Source of the DNA: Rhodothermales bacterium
Lineage (GTDB): Bacteria; Bacteroidota; Rhodothermia; Rhodothermales; UBA10348
Reading direction: 5' to 3'
Assembly (NCBI GenBank): GCA_028284865.1
Contig: JANQQV010000012.1
Coordinates: 8,886-72,885, forward strand
Length of the DNA stretch: 64,000 nucleotides
Made by a program: the position numbers and the translations under genes. This document shows, in pieces, positions 62,740 to 64,000 of the stretch (the first letter of the stretch is position 1; every line of letters starts with the position of its first letter). The notes under the pieces are model-generated. The model was not told the origin of the DNA. It saw only the letters and a list, made by a program, of their open reading frames with translations, and did not search any database.

Positions 62740-63558
62740 TCAGGCGTGACGGGGGAGCAGACAGCTAAATTCTGTCGTCATTTCTTCCGGGCTGGAAGAA
62801 AGGGTGATATCCCCTCCGTGCGCCTGGAAGATGCGGCGCGCCATGGTAAGGCCGAGTCCGAGATTTGCCGCTTTCGTCGTGAAGAACGGCTCGAACAAGC
62901 GTCGGCGGACTTCTTCGTCCTGAATCGGGTGAATGGACTGGATGCGGACGCGCAGCGTTTGGCCCTGGTCCACGCAGTCAGCACGCATCGTAACGGCGTC
63001 CTGTTCTCCTGCGCCGGCTTCGAATGCATTTCGAAGGACTGAGAGCAAGGCCTGGCGAACAAGTCGTTCGTCAGCTTTCACATGCATACCCGTCCTGATG
63101 GTTGAATCAATCCGAAGGCGTGATGCTTCGGAATCGGCCAAGAGAGGCATCAACTTCTGCAGAATGCCCGCAGCGTCGATGATGTGTGTTCGCAATTCCA
63201 GAGCTTCCTGGTAGTGTCGAAGATCCTTCAGGATGCCATTCATCCTGGATACACCTTCCAGGATCCGAAAAGCATTCTCCCGGTCGTCAGCGTTCTGGAT
63301 GGAAGGGAGCAGGAGATCCGTATACCCTTCGATTCCGCTTAGCAGATTGCCCATGCGATGCCCGAGCACTTCCGTGAAAGCTGAAAACGACTCACTGGTT
63401 AGATGACGAGGGCTTTCCGGTGTTGGGTTGGTCGTTGCAGAATCAACAGCTTGTGTCGACGAGCCGACCCTCGCAGTGGCGGATCTCGAAACGCGGTCTT
63501 GTGCGTGTCGGTGTGCCGGAGGGCGCTGGTTGCGAGATCTGTCGGTAGAGGAAGGCAT
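62740..63558 (-). CDS. histidine kinase core (HisKA + HATPase_c) without recognisable sensor domain
   Basis: The H-box is FTEVLGHRMGNLLSGIEGYTDLL, the N-box is LSVLRNAFEA and the G-box region is FEPFFTTKAANLGLGLTMARRIFQAHGG. The first ~55 residues are low-complexity, so the true start is uncertain. Confidence 0.75.
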   Translation of the reverse strand: MPSSTDRSRNQRPPAHRHAQDRVSRSATARVGSSTQAVDSATTNPTPESPRHLTSESFSAFTEVLGHRMGNLLSGIEGYTDLLLPSIQNADDRENAFRILEGVSRMNGILKDLRHYQEALELRTHIIDAAGILQKLMPLLADSEASRLRIDSTIRTGMHVKADERLVRQALLSVLRNAFEAGAGEQDAVTMRADCVDQGQTLRVRIQSIHPIQDEEVRRRLFEPFFTTKAANLGLGLTMARRIFQAHGGDITLSSSPEEMTTEFSCLLPRHA

Positions 63559-63585
63559 GACAGCGTGGTTCGTTCGCGGAGGGGT

Positions 63586-64000
63586 TCAGCCGCTGATGGG
63601 GTAGTGGGTGTTGGTGGGCGCCGCCTTCCGTTCTCGTGGAGCAGCAGGGCGGTCCATGTTGCGCGCTCTATCCTCGGAGCCAGCCGAATGGGAGGAGGCG
63701 AAGAATGCGTCGTCATCAAGTATGAGAGTCCCTGTCGATGTCATTTCTTCGCGTACGGTCATCATCTCTCCCGGATTGAGGGAAGCATGACCATCGAAGA
63801 AAAGCGACCAGGATTCCAGTTCCGTGTGATCAAAAGACACCTGCGGAGAGAGTCCGTAACCTGCTGCTTCTGCAAGCAGACACGAGGCGCCTACCATCCA
63901 GGCGAGCCGGGTCGGATAATGTGTTGACGGCGAACTGTCCGTGCAGCGGTGACTGCGAACGGCGGTCTGCATTTCGCTCGGAAGATGCAGATGGTGGAGG
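63586..64000 (-). CDS. partial ORF open to the window edge, in the same frame as the kinase ORF and ending in TGA
   Basis: There is no stop between 64000 and 63589 in this frame. The segment YGLSPQVSFDHTELESWSLFFDGHASLNPGEMMTVREEMTSTGTLILDDDAFF looks protein-like, but the tail is low-complexity. Confidence 0.35.
   Translation of the reverse strand, partial: LHHLHLPSEMQTAVRSHRCTDSSPSTHYPTRLAWMVGASCLLAEAAGYGLSPQVSFDHTELESWSLFFDGHASLNPGEMMTVREEMTSTGTLILDDDAFFASSHSAGSEDRARNMDRPAAPRERKAAPTNTHYPISG

Noticed and set aside
63399-63927. ORFs 63403-63927 (+) and 63399-63719 (-)
   Set aside because: They are Arg/Cys/Pro-rich low-complexity translations that overlap the better-supported frame discussed in the in-frame TGA finding.
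1-64000. Search for tRNA, rRNA, tmRNA, RNase P RNA, CRISPR arrays, IS elements, integrases, toxin-antitoxin pairs and known defence genes
   Set aside because: I saw no T-loop/acceptor pattern, no GAGGAAAGTCC-type motifs and no spaced direct repeats. No ORF has transposase, recombinase, nuclease or helicase signatures. This visual scan is not exhaustive.

Overview
This is a roughly 58-60% GC chromosomal segment with densely packed genes. The gene content points to an FCB-group bacterium of Rhodothermia/Bacteroidota type: bshA, PorV/PorQ-like barrels, a TonB-dependent receptor paired with a DUF4249-like lipoprotein, and FlgD-Ig-like C-terminal sorting domains. Many proteins are acidic. Most of the window is core housekeeping: rsmI, an lptF/G-like permease, bshA, pdxB, era, pdxJ, rsmD, coaD, an aminotransferase, an M50 protease, lipA, lat, gyrA, dnaG, ppk1, fumC, panC, panD, phoH, dapF and a ppiD-like gene. 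I saw no rRNA, tRNA, CRISPR array, transposase, integrase or recognisable defence gene. Four things stand out. (1) Two co-directional surface/secretion modules share one layout, in which a cargo protein ending in a FlgD-Ig-like domain is followed directly by two PorV/PorQ-like outer-membrane barrels. The larger module (28873-42200) also has a TonB-dependent-receptor-like gene, a DUF4249-like lipoprotein and a 2373-aa protein with about 16 tandem carboxypeptidase-regulatory-like domains. The smaller module is at 16927-21428. (2) A histidine kinase and an NtrC-type sigma-54 activator lie just upstream of a near-consensus -24/-12 promoter and a perfect 21-bp palindrome. That promoter faces a small membrane protein and a FliA-type sigma factor. 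(3) An orphan intrinsic terminator sits in front of an RRM/RGG RNA-binding protein gene. (4) A single in-frame TGA separates the kinase ORF from an upstream ORF. All functional calls rest on motif recognition by eye; no database search was run.
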